A program made the translations under genes and the position numbers. From positions 4,736,001-4,800,000 of the forward strand of contig CBDIID010000003.1 of NCBI GenBank assembly GCA_965279515.1: a stretch of DNA of 64,000 nt, given 5' to 3'. The notes under the pieces were generated by a model. The model saw only the letters and a list, made by a program, of their open reading frames with translations. It ran no database searches and was not told the DNA's origin. This document shows positions 39,566 to 50,654 of the stretch, piece after piece. The stretch is from Turneriella sp. Lineage in GTDB: Bacteria; Spirochaetota; Leptospiria; Turneriellales; Turneriellaceae. Position 1 is the first letter of the stretch; each line of letters begins with the position of its first letter.

Positions 39566-41038
39566 ATGGTAAGAGTTCTGCTGCTTACAGCTTTGGCCTT
39601 ATTTTTCGCTGCAAATTGTGCCCAAAAGAGTAGCTCCGCCTCTTCGGCAAAACAAATTCAAATCGACGATGGCGGCGTCGCTGTTGCCGGTGGGCCTGTG
39701 GAATTTCTGGGCGACGGCCCCGTCTACCAGAACCTGTCTGTACCGCAGGATTTTTCTCTGCCGATGCCCACCCTCACAACCGGACAAGCCAACACCATTG
39801 ATCTCGGCCGCTGTTATATGGATTACCTGCCGGCGGCGACAAATCTTGACGCCGAGACACGGCGCCTCTGTGGTTTGCAGTTCACGCAGGTGCAGCTCGA
39901 ACTGCGCGCGCTGTTTCTTGACCTGGCTCTGCCCGATATCCGTGCATATTGCCATAATCATCTGGATGGCTGCAATCTTTCAGGCCAGGAATTTACCATT
40001 ACGGTCTCAGAACCCGTGATGCGCCGCGTGCAAAAACTTTTCGAATTTTACAAATATACCGGGCTCGAAGGCTATTTCCAGTACAATGGTTATCAGATTA
40101 AGAACGGTGCGAAAATTCCGTTCCGCATCGATGAATATGCCGAAACCTGCGTTGACAGGTTCGATTACCGTGCGGTGATCCGCACGCGCGTTATCGCTAC
40201 ATCGGGCGGTGAGGCGCAGGTGCGCGAGAATGCCGGCGATGTCGTCATCTACTGGGATAAAGACCGTAAGAATATCCTGATGGATTTCCGCACGTCGGTC
40301 GAGTTCTTCGGTTTCCGGATCAATATCCGCCGCACCTATGATTTTTCCGATCGCGCAACCGGAGTGCGTTATACCTCTTCGGTCAATTACTGGACGTTAT
40401 CAGACCAGGGGCCGATGCTCGCACAGGTGCATAACAACGCCGTCGTGGCAGAACCATGCAGTAATGCCAATCAGGTTTGTACCAAGGTGCGGCATATCGC
40501 GTCAGAACTTCTAGGGTATGATGGCGATCAAAATGGACTCAGCGGCGCCGAAGTGATTTCCGATGTGCTGCGTTTCAGCGAAGGTGTTATCGACGATCGG
40601 GGCGGCATTATCGACAGCTATCTGACAATTGCCGGCAACGGCAACCGGCAGCGGCTTGTCTTCAGCGGCACAACGGCGACAGATTTTATTTATTCCGCAA
40701 CTGCGGGCAGTGCGCTCACACTTGCCGTGGGTGATGCTGCCGCCGCGGCTGGCAATCCCTACCTGGTTGCCTATGCACGACCCGGTCGTTTGAACTTTTC
40801 GATGCGGGCGAACCTGAAGCAGGCCCAGGGATTACCATCGCGCGGCGCATTCTGGCTAACGCCAGCCAATGCCCGCGATGCCACCCGCCTCAGCGGTTTT
40901 GCCGTCTCTGGCGCCTCTGACAATCTCGTGTTGCGCTGGGGTGACGGCGGGCACGAGCAGGGCAGCTTTGCTTTCGGCGGCTTGCAGGCCTATCAGGAAA
41001 CCCCAAACGTCAGCGAGCAAAGCCATCCGCTGTTTTAG
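39566..41038 (+). CDS. Hypothetical lipoprotein
   Basis: MVRVLLLTALALFFAAN-C spirochete-type lipobox followed by a Ser-rich tether. Confidence 0.7.
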   Translation: MVRVLLLTALALFFAANCAQKSSSASSAKQIQIDDGGVAVAGGPVEFLGDGPVYQNLSVPQDFSLPMPTLTTGQANTIDLGRCYMDYLPAATNLDAETRRLCGLQFTQVQLELRALFLDLALPDIRAYCHNHLDGCNLSGQEFTITVSEPVMRRVQKLFEFYKYTGLEGYFQYNGYQIKNGAKIPFRIDEYAETCVDRFDYRAVIRTRVIATSGGEAQVRENAGDVVIYWDKDRKNILMDFRTSVEFFGFRINIRRTYDFSDRATGVRYTSSVNYWTLSDQGPMLAQVHNNAVVAEPCSNANQVCTKVRHIASELLGYDGDQNGLSGAEVISDVLRFSEGVIDDRGGIIDSYLTIAGNGNRQRLVFSGTTATDFIYSATAGSALTLAVGDAAAAAGNPYLVAYARPGRLNFSMRANLKQAQGLPSRGAFWLTPANARDATRLSGFAVSGASDNLVLRWGDGGHEQGSFAFGGLQAYQETPNVSEQSHPLF

Positions 41039-41074
41039 CAAAAGTGAACATTTGTACGCTTTTGTATCGACGGA

Positions 41075-43042
41075 ATGTCGAAAACTCCGTTTTGGCTAAC
41101 GATGCGCCATTTGCCCGATGTCTTTGCCGCCTCGGCCCAAAAATTCCCCGGGCAGGGCTTTTATTCCAAAGATTCGCATAAATTCTTCAAGCCGACGCCT
41201 TTTTCTTCCTTATACAAGACGGCTTCTGCATTTGCGATCCATCTCATTCAAGGCGGATTAAAACCGGGTGACCGGGTGGCGCTCTTCGGCGATAATTCGG
41301 CCGAGTGGCTGATCGCCGACATGGCGATCCAGATGGCGGGGGCGATTGTCGTGCCGCGCGGCTCTGATTCGACGCCGCAGGAACTCGAATTTATCCTGAA
41401 CCATGCCGAGGCCGGTCTCGTCTTTATCGAACACTGGCGGCTCTATAAGAAGATTGCGCCAGCGCTGAAAAAGCGCGGCGCGAAAGTCTACATTCTCGAC
41501 GCCGATTTTCCGCAGAAAACGGCGGCCGACGACAAACTCGTCATTTTGCCGGAGCTTCTTAAAACCATCCCAGCGAGTACTGCGACCGACGACAAGCTGC
41601 TGGCAGAGCTGCGCGCGCAGATTCTGCCGTCAGATCTCTTCACGATCATATATACCTCAGGTACAACCGGCGAACCCAAGGGTGTGATGCTCTCGCATGC
41701 CAACATGATGTACCAGCTGGAGATCGCGCCGAAAAACCTCGGCATGTCGCCGGCCGACCGCATCCTGTCGATTCTGCCGGTCTGGCATATCTTCGAGCGC
41801 TTTATGCTCTACAGTGTGATCTATGCGGGTTCGCATTATTTTTATTCGAACAAAAAAGACCTGATGGAAGATTTTGTCCGCGTGAAACCCACGCTGATGG
41901 CTTCGGCGCCGCGGCTGTGGGAGCAAATTTACCAGAAGCTGCGTGAACGCATCGACAAGACTGAGGCATTTAACCGCGAACTCTTCGATCTCTCTTATGG
42001 CATCAAACAGCGGCTGCACCGCGCTGAAAATATTGTCAACGGGCAGAGTGCCGAAACCAAAGAGCAGGGCTTCGTGGCGGGCATCGTTGAGTCTTTCACA
42101 GCGGGGCTGACAGCGCTCGGGCTTAAAGCCCCCGATGGTTATATGGATTCGATCTTTCTCGTGCGCGTGCGCGCGATGCTGGGCGGCGAGCTGCGCGGTA
42201 CCATCTCGGGCGGCGGCGCGTTGCCGATCCATATCGACGAATTTTTTAACGCCATCGGCATCCCCGTGTACGAAGGTTATGGCATGACCGAATGTTCTCC
42301 GCTGATTTCGATGCGTGTGCCGGGGAAGGTCATTACCGGCACCGTCGGCTTCGTGCCTGAAAAGACAGTGGTCGAAATCCGCGGCGACGACGGTGTGCGC
42401 ATTTTGCCTGCGGGTGAACCCGGTGTGATCTTCGTTAAGGGGCCCGGCGTGATGAAGGGCTATTATAAAAACGGTGATGCGACGCTCAAGGTTTTAAAAG
42501 ATGGTTGGATGAACACCGGCGATATCGGTGTCTTCACGAAGAGCGGCCAGCTCGCGATCCGCGGTCGCGCGAAAGATACCATCGTGCTGCGCTCGGGCGA
42601 GAATCTAGAGCCCGTGCCGATTGAAACCCTGCTCGCGCAGCATCCGCTCATTGAGCAGGCCGTCGTCGTGGGGCAGGACCAGAAGAATCTAGGCGTACTC
42701 ATCTGGCCGGAATATGACAAGCTCATCGATGCGGGTTATGATGTGAAGGAATTCGATTTAAAAAATGATCTCAACACCATGCCCGCACTCATTGCGATCT
42801 TCAAAGAAATCACCAGCGACCTCATTAAAGAAGAAAACGGTTTCAAAGGCTTTGAGCGTATCAGCCACGTGCGTTTTCTGCCCGCGAAACTCATGGTCGG
42901 CGAAGAGCTCACGGCGCTGATGAAGATCAAACGCAATGTCGTGCATCAAAAATACGCGCCGCTGATCGAAGGGATGTTTAAGGAGTCGGCACGGACCTCC
43001 CTGTCCGCCGACTCCACGGTACCTCCTGTACCCATGGATTAA
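41075..43042 (+). CDS. Long-chain fatty acid--CoA ligase (AMP-binding)
   Basis: IIYTSGTTGEPKG, EGYGMTE, TGDIG, GRAKD, GENLEP. Confidence 0.92.
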   Translation: MSKTPFWLTMRHLPDVFAASAQKFPGQGFYSKDSHKFFKPTPFSSLYKTASAFAIHLIQGGLKPGDRVALFGDNSAEWLIADMAIQMAGAIVVPRGSDSTPQELEFILNHAEAGLVFIEHWRLYKKIAPALKKRGAKVYILDADFPQKTAADDKLVILPELLKTIPASTATDDKLLAELRAQILPSDLFTIIYTSGTTGEPKGVMLSHANMMYQLEIAPKNLGMSPADRILSILPVWHIFERFMLYSVIYAGSHYFYSNKKDLMEDFVRVKPTLMASAPRLWEQIYQKLRERIDKTEAFNRELFDLSYGIKQRLHRAENIVNGQSAETKEQGFVAGIVESFTAGLTALGLKAPDGYMDSIFLVRVRAMLGGELRGTISGGGALPIHIDEFFNAIGIPVYEGYGMTECSPLISMRVPGKVITGTVGFVPEKTVVEIRGDDGVRILPAGEPGVIFVKGPGVMKGYYKNGDATLKVLKDGWMNTGDIGVFTKSGQLAIRGRAKDTIVLRSGENLEPVPIETLLAQHPLIEQAVVVGQDQKNLGVLIWPEYDKLIDAGYDVKEFDLKNDLNTMPALIAIFKEITSDLIKEENGFKGFERISHVRFLPAKLMVGEELTALMKIKRNVVHQKYAPLIEGMFKESARTSLSADSTVPPVPMD

Positions 43043-43044
43043 AT

Positions 43045-44037
43045 ATGACAACTCAGACAAGACCCGTTTCAGGCGAAAAAATCCTCATCACGACCCCCGA
43101 CCACTGGAAGATTGCGCTCTACCGTTACCTGCCGGAGAAAATCACGCGCAAACACCCGGTGCTACTGCTGCACGGCATCGCCTCAAACCACAAGGTCTGG
43201 GATTTCGGCGTGCCCGAATTCAGTTTTGCCCAACACCTCGTCGGCCTGGGGTATGCGGTCTATTCGATGGACCTGCGCGGCCGCGGCGGCAGCGACGGCC
43301 CGCATACGGGACGCGGCAAGCAGTGGTCGGTCGACGATTACCTGCTCTGCGATCTGCCGGCGGCGACAGAATATATCATCGCCCAGCACGGTGTAGAGAA
43401 ACTGCACTGGGTGGGGCACAGCATGGGGGGTATCCTCGGTTTTTTCTACCAGATTCGCCACAAGGCTGCAAACCTGCAGAGTTTCACTACTTTTGCTTCG
43501 GCGCTGAACTATACCTATTCGACGATCAACCACTTTCGCTCATGGCTCGACTATATCAGCGCGATGCAGTATTTTCCCGTGAACCGGTTCTGGCGGCCGA
43601 TGCAGGCGCTCGCTGGCTTCAATACTGTCTGGAACCGTTTCCTTTGGAATCCCGAAAATATGCGCAGCGATATCGGGCAGAAGATTATCGGCGAGATGAT
43701 CGAGCCGATTGCTGTCAACGAGTGGAACCAGATTAAGCTAATCTCTGCCGCCGAAGGCATGCCCCGGCTCTCCGGTGGTTTTCCGCACCTGGCGGATGAC
43801 CGGCGTATCCAGGTGCCGGTGCTGATGCTGGCGGGTGACCGCGACTGGCTGTGCGCGCTCGATGGCGTCGAATGGACGATGGACGAGCTGCCCTGCGAGA
43901 AAAAACTCATCGTCTTCGGCAAGGAATACGGCAGCGCCACGAACTACGGCCATATGGATCTCGTCTGTGGGCTCCATGCGCCGCGTGAGGTCTGGCCGAA
44001 GGCGACGCAGTGGCTTGAGAAGCGGGACAACGCCTGA
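43045..44037 (+). CDS. Alpha/beta hydrolase (esterase/lipase)
   Basis: LLHG, DLRGRG, GHSMGG, D.LC, YGHMDL catalytic triad. Confidence 0.88.
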   Translation: MTTQTRPVSGEKILITTPDHWKIALYRYLPEKITRKHPVLLLHGIASNHKVWDFGVPEFSFAQHLVGLGYAVYSMDLRGRGGSDGPHTGRGKQWSVDDYLLCDLPAATEYIIAQHGVEKLHWVGHSMGGILGFFYQIRHKAANLQSFTTFASALNYTYSTINHFRSWLDYISAMQYFPVNRFWRPMQALAGFNTVWNRFLWNPENMRSDIGQKIIGEMIEPIAVNEWNQIKLISAAEGMPRLSGGFPHLADDRRIQVPVLMLAGDRDWLCALDGVEWTMDELPCEKKLIVFGKEYGSATNYGHMDLVCGLHAPREVWPKATQWLEKRDNA

Positions 44038-44038
44038 C

Positions 44039-44416
44039 ATGCCGAAAAAGACCACGCCAGCCGAGAAAAAGCCGCGCATTTTCGCAATGTCTTTTGCGAG
44101 TGTCTATCCTCTCTACATCCAAAAAGCCGAAAAGAAAGGTCGCACCAAAGCGGAAGTCGATAAAATTATCTTTTGGCTCACCGGATACGACGCAAAAGGT
44201 TTGCAGAAATGCCTGAAAGAGGCTGTCAATTTCGAAGACTTTTTCGCGAGGGCTCCCCGTATCAACAAAAATGTTTTGCTCATCACCGGCGTTGTTTGCG
44301 GTGTAAGGGTAGAAGAAGTCGAAGACAAGCTGATGCAGAAGATCCGTTATCTCGACAAGCTGATCGATGAACTCGCCCGCGGCAAGGCGATGGAAAAGAT
44401 TCTACGCGAGCCCTAA
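44039..44416 (+). CDS. DUF2200 family protein
   Basis: [16 protein letters not shown]...WLTGY...[12 protein letters not shown]...[13 protein letters not shown]. Confidence 0.85.
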   Translation: MPKKTTPAEKKPRIFAMSFASVYPLYIQKAEKKGRTKAEVDKIIFWLTGYDAKGLQKCLKEAVNFEDFFARAPRINKNVLLITGVVCGVRVEEVEDKLMQKIRYLDKLIDELARGKAMEKILREP

Positions 44417-44482
44417 GCTCCGGTAGTTCAGCGAATTTCGCGTTTCGCCGCGTTTCCATAATCCACCGCGGCTTGCCGACGC

Positions 44483-45577
44483 ATGGATTTTTTCGACCGC
44501 GATATCAATACCTTTTTCGGGACATTGCAGAAGACCAACCGCGAGCGGAAGCTTGAAACGGCTGCCCCTGACAGCGTCGATCTTTGTTCCAATGACTATC
44601 TCTGCCTGTCGCAGCATGCAGAGCTCATCGCCGCCCTCAAAGAGGGTATCGATAAATACGGTGCCGGTTCAACCGCGAGCCGCCTGATCCGCGGCCACCG
44701 CGACGTCTTCGCCGCGCTCGAGCAAAAATTTGCGGCCTGGGTCGGCGCCGAGACGGCGCTGTTCTTTGCCAACGGCTATGCCGCGAATGTGGGGGCAATT
44801 TCTGCGATCTGTGATTCATCCTACGACTGCTTTGTCGATCGTCTCGCTCACGCGTCGCTGCTCGATGGCATACGGCTTTCGGGTGCCCGCAAAGTCTATT
44901 TCAGGCATAACGATGCAGCGCATTTGGAAGAGCAACTCGCAAAAAGCACCGCGAAGAAAAAAATCATCATCACCGAATCTCTCTTCAGTATGGACGGCGA
45001 CCGCGCGCCTTTGGCTGAAATCGCTGCGCTCAAAGAAAAATACCGCGCCTTGCTCTATGTCGACGATGCGCATGCGATCGGTGTCTATGGTGACAAGGGC
45101 AGGGGGCTTGCGGGCGCAGAATGTGATTTTCGTATGGCAACTCTCGGCAAGGCGCTGGGGCTTGAAGGTGCTTTTATTGCAACCGGCGCTGCCGCACGAA
45201 AGTTTTTCATGCATAGCGCGCGCACTTTTGTGTTCTCCACAGCGCCCTTACCGGCAATCGCGCACGCGGGCTTAACCGCGCTTGATCTTGTACAGAATAT
45301 GGCTTCCGAGCGAAGCCATATTTCGGCTCTTGCCGAGAGCCTGCGCACCGGCGTGAAAGCCGCAGGCCGCTCCACGGGTACATCCGACTCGCATATCATA
45401 CCCGTGCTCTGCAGCTCAGAAGCCGAAGCGCTTCAGCTGGCACAGAAGATGCAGGATGCGAAACTACACATTAAGGCGATAAGGCCGCCGACAGTCAAAG
45501 AGTCGCGGCTGCGCATTTCACTCAATGCCGGCATCGATGAAAAGATCATCGAACGCATTTTGGCGATTCTGGCATAA
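44483..45577 (+). CDS. bioF: 8-amino-7-oxononanoate synthase
   Basis: SNDYL, GSTASRL, HASLLDG, FSMDGD, DDAHA, TLGKALG, IRPPTV. Confidence 0.94.
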   Translation: MDFFDRDINTFFGTLQKTNRERKLETAAPDSVDLCSNDYLCLSQHAELIAALKEGIDKYGAGSTASRLIRGHRDVFAALEQKFAAWVGAETALFFANGYAANVGAISAICDSSYDCFVDRLAHASLLDGIRLSGARKVYFRHNDAAHLEEQLAKSTAKKKIIITESLFSMDGDRAPLAEIAALKEKYRALLYVDDAHAIGVYGDKGRGLAGAECDFRMATLGKALGLEGAFIATGAAARKFFMHSARTFVFSTAPLPAIAHAGLTALDLVQNMASERSHISALAESLRTGVKAAGRSTGTSDSHIIPVLCSSEAEALQLAQKMQDAKLHIKAIRPPTVKESRLRISLNAGIDEKIIERILAILA

Positions 45578-45579
45578 CC

Positions 45580-46239
45580 ATGGCAATCTTCATCACGGGT
45601 ACAGGTACCGATGTCGGTAAAACTCTGTGCTCGGCGCTCATCATGACATGTTACGGCCGCGAGCTGAATCTGCAATATTTCAAACCCGTGCAAACGGGCG
45701 ATGCCAGCGACCGTGAAATCGTCGCGAGGCTCACAGGTCTGAATGATTCCTATTTCCGCCCCGAAGAGTATCGGCTGAAGCTCGCCGCTTCTCCGCATTT
45801 TGCGGCAGAATCAGAAGGCATCACCATTGAAACCGGGGTTTTGGCTGCGAGCCTCAAGGCAACAGCGGGGCAGGGCACGGTTCTCGAATTGGCGGGTGGG
45901 CTTATGGTTCCACTGTCGCGCTATTATACAAATTTAGATTTAATGCGCTCGGTGGGATTTCCCGCGTTGCTGGTCGCTGCAACGGGGCTGGGTACAATTA
46001 ACCACACCGTGCTGTCTTGGCAGGCACTGCAGGCTGCCGGCATCCGCTGTCCCGGAATCTTTTTCGTTGGTGCGGAAAATTTTCTCCGCGCCGATAATGT
46101 GCGCACCATCATCGAAATGACAGGGGCCGCAAATCTCGGGCAGTTCTTGTTGCCCGAAAAAAAACTTTCACCAGCAGAATTTCAGGAGCTCGCGCGCGGG
46201 TTTGATACTGCAGGCAAGGTGAAGGCGGTTTTTTCATGA
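45580..46239 (+). CDS. bioD: Dethiobiotin synthetase
   Basis: ITGTGTDVGKT, KPVQTG, ELAGG, GLGTINHT. Confidence 0.95.
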   Translation: MAIFITGTGTDVGKTLCSALIMTCYGRELNLQYFKPVQTGDASDREIVARLTGLNDSYFRPEEYRLKLAASPHFAAESEGITIETGVLAASLKATAGQGTVLELAGGLMVPLSRYYTNLDLMRSVGFPALLVAATGLGTINHTVLSWQALQAAGIRCPGIFFVGAENFLRADNVRTIIEMTGAANLGQFLLPEKKLSPAEFQELARGFDTAGKVKAVFS

Positions 46240-47507
46240 TCTGGCATCCCTTTACACCACAGCAAAACGCCGATGAACCCCTCAAGATCATCCGCGGCAA
46301 AGGCGAGTTTCTCTATGGTGCCGACGGCAGGGAATATATCGACGCCATTGCCTCATGGTGGACCGCTATCCACGGCCATAACCATCGGCATATCGTTCAG
46401 CGTATCAAAACCCAGCTGGATGTATTGGACCATGTCATGCTGGGCGGCTTTACACATGAACCGGCCCTGCAGCTTGCCGAAAAGCTTCTCGCTTTAACCA
46501 ACGGTGACTTCCACAAAATTTTCTATTCCGACAATGGTTCGACCGCTGTAGAGATTATGCTGAAGCTCGCTGTGCAGTACTGGCATAACCTGGGCAAACC
46601 GCAAAAGAACACGTTTATCAAGTTCGACGTCAATTACCATGGTGACACGATCGGGGCGATGAGTACTGGCGGTGATTCGGTTTTTAACCGTATCTTCGCA
46701 GCATTGATGTTCCGAAACCAAAGTTTTCCTTATCCCACAGAAGGCGCCACAGCCGATGCGATCCTCTCGGATCTCGACCAGTACCTTGCGGAAAATCACA
46801 ACACAGTTGCCGGCATCATTCTCGAACCGCTGATTGCCGCCGCCGGGGGCATGGTCTTCCAGAGTGCTCAAACCCTAGACAAGATTGCCGGCATAGCAAA
46901 GCGGCATCATGTACTCTTGCTGCTCGACGAGGTTTTTACGGGAATGGGGCGTACGGGAGCGATGTTCGCCTATCAAAAGGCAATAGTTAAACCCGATATG
47001 ATCGCCCTCGCGAAGGGACTTACAGGTGGCGTGCTGCCGCTCGCCGCGACCTTAGTGACGAAAGAGATCCATGCGGCATTTCTTTCGGAGGAGCCCGCGA
47101 AAACATTCTACCACGGCCATACGATGACGGGCAACCCCCCCGGCTGTGCGGCGGCGCTGGCATCGCTCGAAATATTTGGTGCTGAAAACACCCTGGCTGC
47201 CGTGAAGCGGCTGGAGGAAAAAATGTCGGCTTATGGGCAAGATCTCATGCGGCGTTTCCCCGAAAAAATCACGGCGGCGCGCAGCTGCGGTGCGGTCAGC
47301 GCTGTGAACCTGATTTCCCGGGAAGAAAAGCCCGGCTATGTCTTTTCGGCGGCAAAGGCGATACGCAGAGAGGCCCTGGCAGAGGGGGTAATCCTACGCC
47401 CGCTGGGTGATGTAATCTACGTGACACCGCCTTACAATATTTCGGATGCTGCGCTCGAAAAAGTTTTTGCGGTGATCGCCCGAATTCTGGAAAAACATGA
47501 AGTCTGA
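46236..47507 (+). CDS. bioA: Adenosylmethionine-8-amino-7-oxononanoate aminotransferase
   Basis: [44 protein letters not shown]. Confidence 0.95.
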   Translation: MIWHPFTPQQNADEPLKIIRGKGEFLYGADGREYIDAIASWWTAIHGHNHRHIVQRIKTQLDVLDHVMLGGFTHEPALQLAEKLLALTNGDFHKIFYSDNGSTAVEIMLKLAVQYWHNLGKPQKNTFIKFDVNYHGDTIGAMSTGGDSVFNRIFAALMFRNQSFPYPTEGATADAILSDLDQYLAENHNTVAGIILEPLIAAAGGMVFQSAQTLDKIAGIAKRHHVLLLLDEVFTGMGRTGAMFAYQKAIVKPDMIALAKGLTGGVLPLAATLVTKEIHAAFLSEEPAKTFYHGHTMTGNPPGCAAALASLEIFGAENTLAAVKRLEEKMSAYGQDLMRRFPEKITAARSCGAVSAVNLISREEKPGYVFSAAKAIRREALAEGVILRPLGDVIYVTPPYNISDAALEKVFAVIARILEKHEV

Positions 47508-48552
47508 AGCAGCCAGTGTAATCGATAAAATTGAAGCGTTAAATATACTTACCGGCAAGACGCCGCTGTATCTAGCCCTGTCGCGCGCCGCGGAGCTCCG
47601 GGAGAAATATTTCGGCAAAACGGTGCGCATCCATATTCTCGATAACATTAAAAACGGCCGCTGCGCAGAGGATTGCGGTTATTGCGCACAACGCAAAGAC
47701 GCGCATTCAGGCATCGCCGACTATCCGCTGAAAAGCGACGAAGAGATTTTTGCCGATGCGCTGCAGGCAAAACAAAACGGCGCCTATCGCTTCTGTATGG
47801 TGACTTCAGGTACAGGTCCCTCCAAAAACGCTACCGAGCGTCTCGCCGGGGTTATCCGCCGCATTTCAGAGGAGCTGGGAATGCGCGTCTGCCTGTCAGC
47901 CGGCCTTCTCGACGGCGAAAAGGCAGATGTCCTCGCGCGTGCGGGTCTCGACCGCTATAACCACAACCTCAATACTTCAGAGAGCCATTATCCGCAGATC
48001 TGTACAACACACACCTACGCAGAAAGAAAACAGACACTGGCGGCCCTGAACGGTGCCGGTGTCGGCCTGTGCTCGGGTGTGATTGTCGGCATGGGCGAAA
48101 CTGCGCAGGATCTTGTGGATGCGGCCTTTGCGCTGAAAGATTTTCGCGTGATTTCCATACCGGTGAATTTTTTTATCCCGGTACCGGGCCATGCAGTTCA
48201 GAACGCCGCGCCGCTGACTCCCGAATTTTGCCTGCGTTCGCTGATCGTCTTTCGTCTCATCCATCCTGATTCAGAAATACGCATCGCTGCGGGCCGCGAG
48301 GGTCATCTCAGGGGATTACAATCTACAGCGCTCATGGCAGCAAATTCGCTGTTCGCGTCGGGATATCTCAATGTGAAGGGATCGAATATCGCAGAGACAA
48401 TGGCGATGATCCGCGACGCAGGTTATGAACCGGAAATGGAAGCGGGCACGGTACCCTCAGCAGAGGAGTTGTCGCTGGCTGACCTGCCGGCAAAAGGCAC
48501 ATTGTATTCGCCGGATAATTTTCCCGAACTGCTTAAATTCCGGAAAGTTTAG
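47497..48552 (+). CDS. bioB: Biotin synthase (radical SAM)
   Basis: [39 protein letters not shown]. Confidence 0.96.
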   Translation: MKSEAASVIDKIEALNILTGKTPLYLALSRAAELREKYFGKTVRIHILDNIKNGRCAEDCGYCAQRKDAHSGIADYPLKSDEEIFADALQAKQNGAYRFCMVTSGTGPSKNATERLAGVIRRISEELGMRVCLSAGLLDGEKADVLARAGLDRYNHNLNTSESHYPQICTTHTYAERKQTLAALNGAGVGLCSGVIVGMGETAQDLVDAAFALKDFRVISIPVNFFIPVPGHAVQNAAPLTPEFCLRSLIVFRLIHPDSEIRIAAGREGHLRGLQSTALMAANSLFASGYLNVKGSNIAETMAMIRDAGYEPEMEAGTVPSAEELSLADLPAKGTLYSPDNFPELLKFRKV

Positions 48553-48554
48553 CT

Positions 48555-49691
48555 CTAGCGAACGGATTTCAAGACTTTCGCGAATTTTTCGAGATCTGTG
48601 TCGGCAAAATTCAGGTGCGGCGAGAAACGGATGTTGCCCTCGCGGAAAGCGCAGACGACACCCGATTTCATGAGCGCCGCGTGCAGCTGCGTCATGTCGC
48701 CGTCACGCCTTCCCGAGACAATGGCCGTCTGGTCGGCGCCAAAACCATCGCGGAGCAGGGTAAAGCTGTTTTCGCGTAAAATGGCGCCGAGCTTGTCGGC
48801 TAAATGAAAGAGCCGCGCCTGCACTGCAGTAAAGCCGATTGTGTCGAGAAAACGCAGCGAGCTCTCCAGGAAAATCCAGTTCATATAAGGCGCAGTCGAC
48901 AGCATGAAACGTTCGACGCTCTCTTTATAATCTTCGCGGTGCGGCAGGTAAACCTCGTCGTTCTTGACGGAAGAGGTGCCGGCGACGCGGATATCCAGCT
49001 TTTTCAGGAAGCTATCTGCCACATAGAGGCCGCCTGAACCCAAAGGGCCCAGCAGCCATTTCCAGCACGAGAAAGCCATCGCATCGACCCCCAGCGCTTT
49101 GACGTCGATTTCGACATGTCCCGCGCCCTGCGCGGCATCGAGAATAAACGCCACGCCCCGGCTTTTGAGTAACCTGCCGATGGCAGCCAGGTCAAACTTC
49201 ATACCGGTCAGCCAGTCGACCGCCGACAGCGACATCACGCGCACATTGGTTGTGAGCTCGGCCTTGATATTTTCGAGAAATTCCGCGTTGGATGTCCCCG
49301 GTGAAACAAAGCCGATTTCCACGCCGAGGCGTTTCAGCTGCAGGAAAGGATAGACATTGCTGGGGTATTCGCGTTCGACGAGCAGAATTTTATCGCCGCG
49401 CTCGAGCGGCAGGCTCTGCGCGATAAAGGTCATGCCTTCGGCTGTATTGGCGAGCAGCGCATATTCATGCGCCTCGCCGCCCAAAAGTTTGGCGAAATAA
49501 TTCTGAATATTGCGCTTGGTCTGGCCATGCGGTTTTAGGGTCTGCAGTACACCCGCCTGGGAAAAGGCATCGAGGTAACCTTTGAGTTCATCTGCTGAAG
49601 TTTTGGGCGGTACGCTGACACCACAGTTATTGAGCCACACGAGATCGTCGCGCAGGTCAAATTTTTTACGGACTTCCTGGAAATCTGTCAT
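48555..49691 (-). CDS. Class V PLP-dependent aminotransferase/cysteine desulfurase-like enzyme
   Basis: WLNN, NTAEG, EYPSN, DAAQGAG, SCWKWLLGPLG, IRFSPH. Confidence 0.88.
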   Translation of the reverse strand: MTDFQEVRKKFDLRDDLVWLNNCGVSVPPKTSADELKGYLDAFSQAGVLQTLKPHGQTKRNIQNYFAKLLGGEAHEYALLANTAEGMTFIAQSLPLERGDKILLVEREYPSNVYPFLQLKRLGVEIGFVSPGTSNAEFLENIKAELTTNVRVMSLSAVDWLTGMKFDLAAIGRLLKSRGVAFILDAAQGAGHVEIDVKALGVDAMAFSCWKWLLGPLGSGGLYVADSFLKKLDIRVAGTSSVKNDEVYLPHREDYKESVERFMLSTAPYMNWIFLESSLRFLDTIGFTAVQARLFHLADKLGAILRENSFTLLRDGFGADQTAIVSGRRDGDMTQLHAALMKSGVVCAFREGNIRFSPHLNFADTDLEKFAKVLKSVR

Positions 49692-49726
49692 ATAATAGCA
49701 GCGGGTTTTATGCGCTGCTCAGGCTG

Positions 49727-50476
49727 TCACTTGGGTTTAGCTTTTTTCGCTTTGGCTTTTTTGCGCTTCGCGGCCGGCTTCTTCGCCGCCTTGGCTTCGG
49801 GCTTTAGTTTCATGCCCTGTATCAGGTATATGAGTCCCTTGAGTTTTTGCGCCTTGAGTCTCTCGGCAAGGCCCAGGACTTCTTTTTCACCCAGAAAGTG
49901 TATGAGTTCGAGAACGTTTTTCGACCCAACGCTTTTGATCAGCGATGAGAGATGCTCCACACTGTCAGCTTTGATGAGGCTACGTAGGAAATCCACCTTG
50001 AGGCGGGTTGCCAGCGGCGCCAGCTCGGCCATCGGTACTTTTTTCACGAGGCCGACGAGATTATCGGTCGGCAGATCGCGCGCGAGCACCAGAGCACGCT
50101 CAGGGCCTGTGGCCGTCAAAAGTTCGAGCATGCGCCCGACGCCGATACCCTGGATAATGCGCACGAGGCGGGTACTTTCAAGGTGGCTGAGAAAGAGCAC
50201 GATATTATCGACTTCCACGCTGTTGAGCAGCGCGATCGAATCTTCGGCAGAGAGCGCATTCATGAGCGCGACGAGCGCTTCGACTTCGCTGCGCTTGACG
50301 ATGGCCGCAACGGTGCGCACCGAAGAGTGGCGCAACACGCTGAGAATCTTTTGGTGTTCAATATTGCGGGAGAGATAGGTGAGTTTATCGCCGGGCATCG
50401 TCGACAACAGTACGATGACCTTGCCGGGGCCCAGCACGGTCAGGTATTCGAGACCTTTGGCGAGTTCAGAGGCCAT
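49727..50476 (-). CDS. 12-residue helical repeat protein with Lys/Ala-rich tail
   Basis: About 17 consecutive 12-aa amphipathic units; C-terminal AKAAKKPAAKRKKAKAKKAKPK. Confidence 0.7.
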   Translation of the reverse strand: MASELAKGLEYLTVLGPGKVIVLLSTMPGDKLTYLSRNIEHQKILSVLRHSSVRTVAAIVKRSEVEALVALMNALSAEDSIALLNSVEVDNIVLFLSHLESTRLVRIIQGIGVGRMLELLTATGPERALVLARDLPTDNLVGLVKKVPMAELAPLATRLKVDFLRSLIKADSVEHLSSLIKSVGSKNVLELIHFLGEKEVLGLAERLKAQKLKGLIYLIQGMKLKPEAKAAKKPAAKRKKAKAKKAKPK

Positions 50477-50522
50477 GTGACATAAGGTTCAGGCGAAACA
50501 GGGCGAAAAGGCGAACCCGTAT

Positions 50523-50539
50523 GCGGGCTCAAAGCCCGC
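50523..50539 (-). terminator. Hairpin downstream of tRNA-Asp
   Basis: GCGGGCT-CAA-AGCCCGC. Confidence 0.35.
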
Positions 50540-50567
50540 TGCGGCATTTCACCGAAGCGGGCCAGTG

Positions 50568-50641
50568 CGGGGTTGGCGGGACTCGAACCCGTGACCTTCC
50601 ACGTGACAGGCGGATGCTCTAACCAACTGAGCTACAACCCC
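50568..50641 (-). tRNA. tRNA-Asp(GTC), CCA not encoded
   Basis: GGGGTTG TA GCTC AGTTGGTTA GAGC A TCCGC CT GTC AC GTGGA AGGTC ACGGG TTCGAGT CCCGC CAACCCC G folds as a cloverleaf with one A-C mismatch in the T stem. Confidence 0.95.
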
Positions 50642-50654
50642 AAAAAATCCAATA

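Noticed and set aside
44417..44482. BirA operator upstream of bioF
   Set aside because: No TGTAAAC-N14/16-GTTTACA-like dyad is visible.
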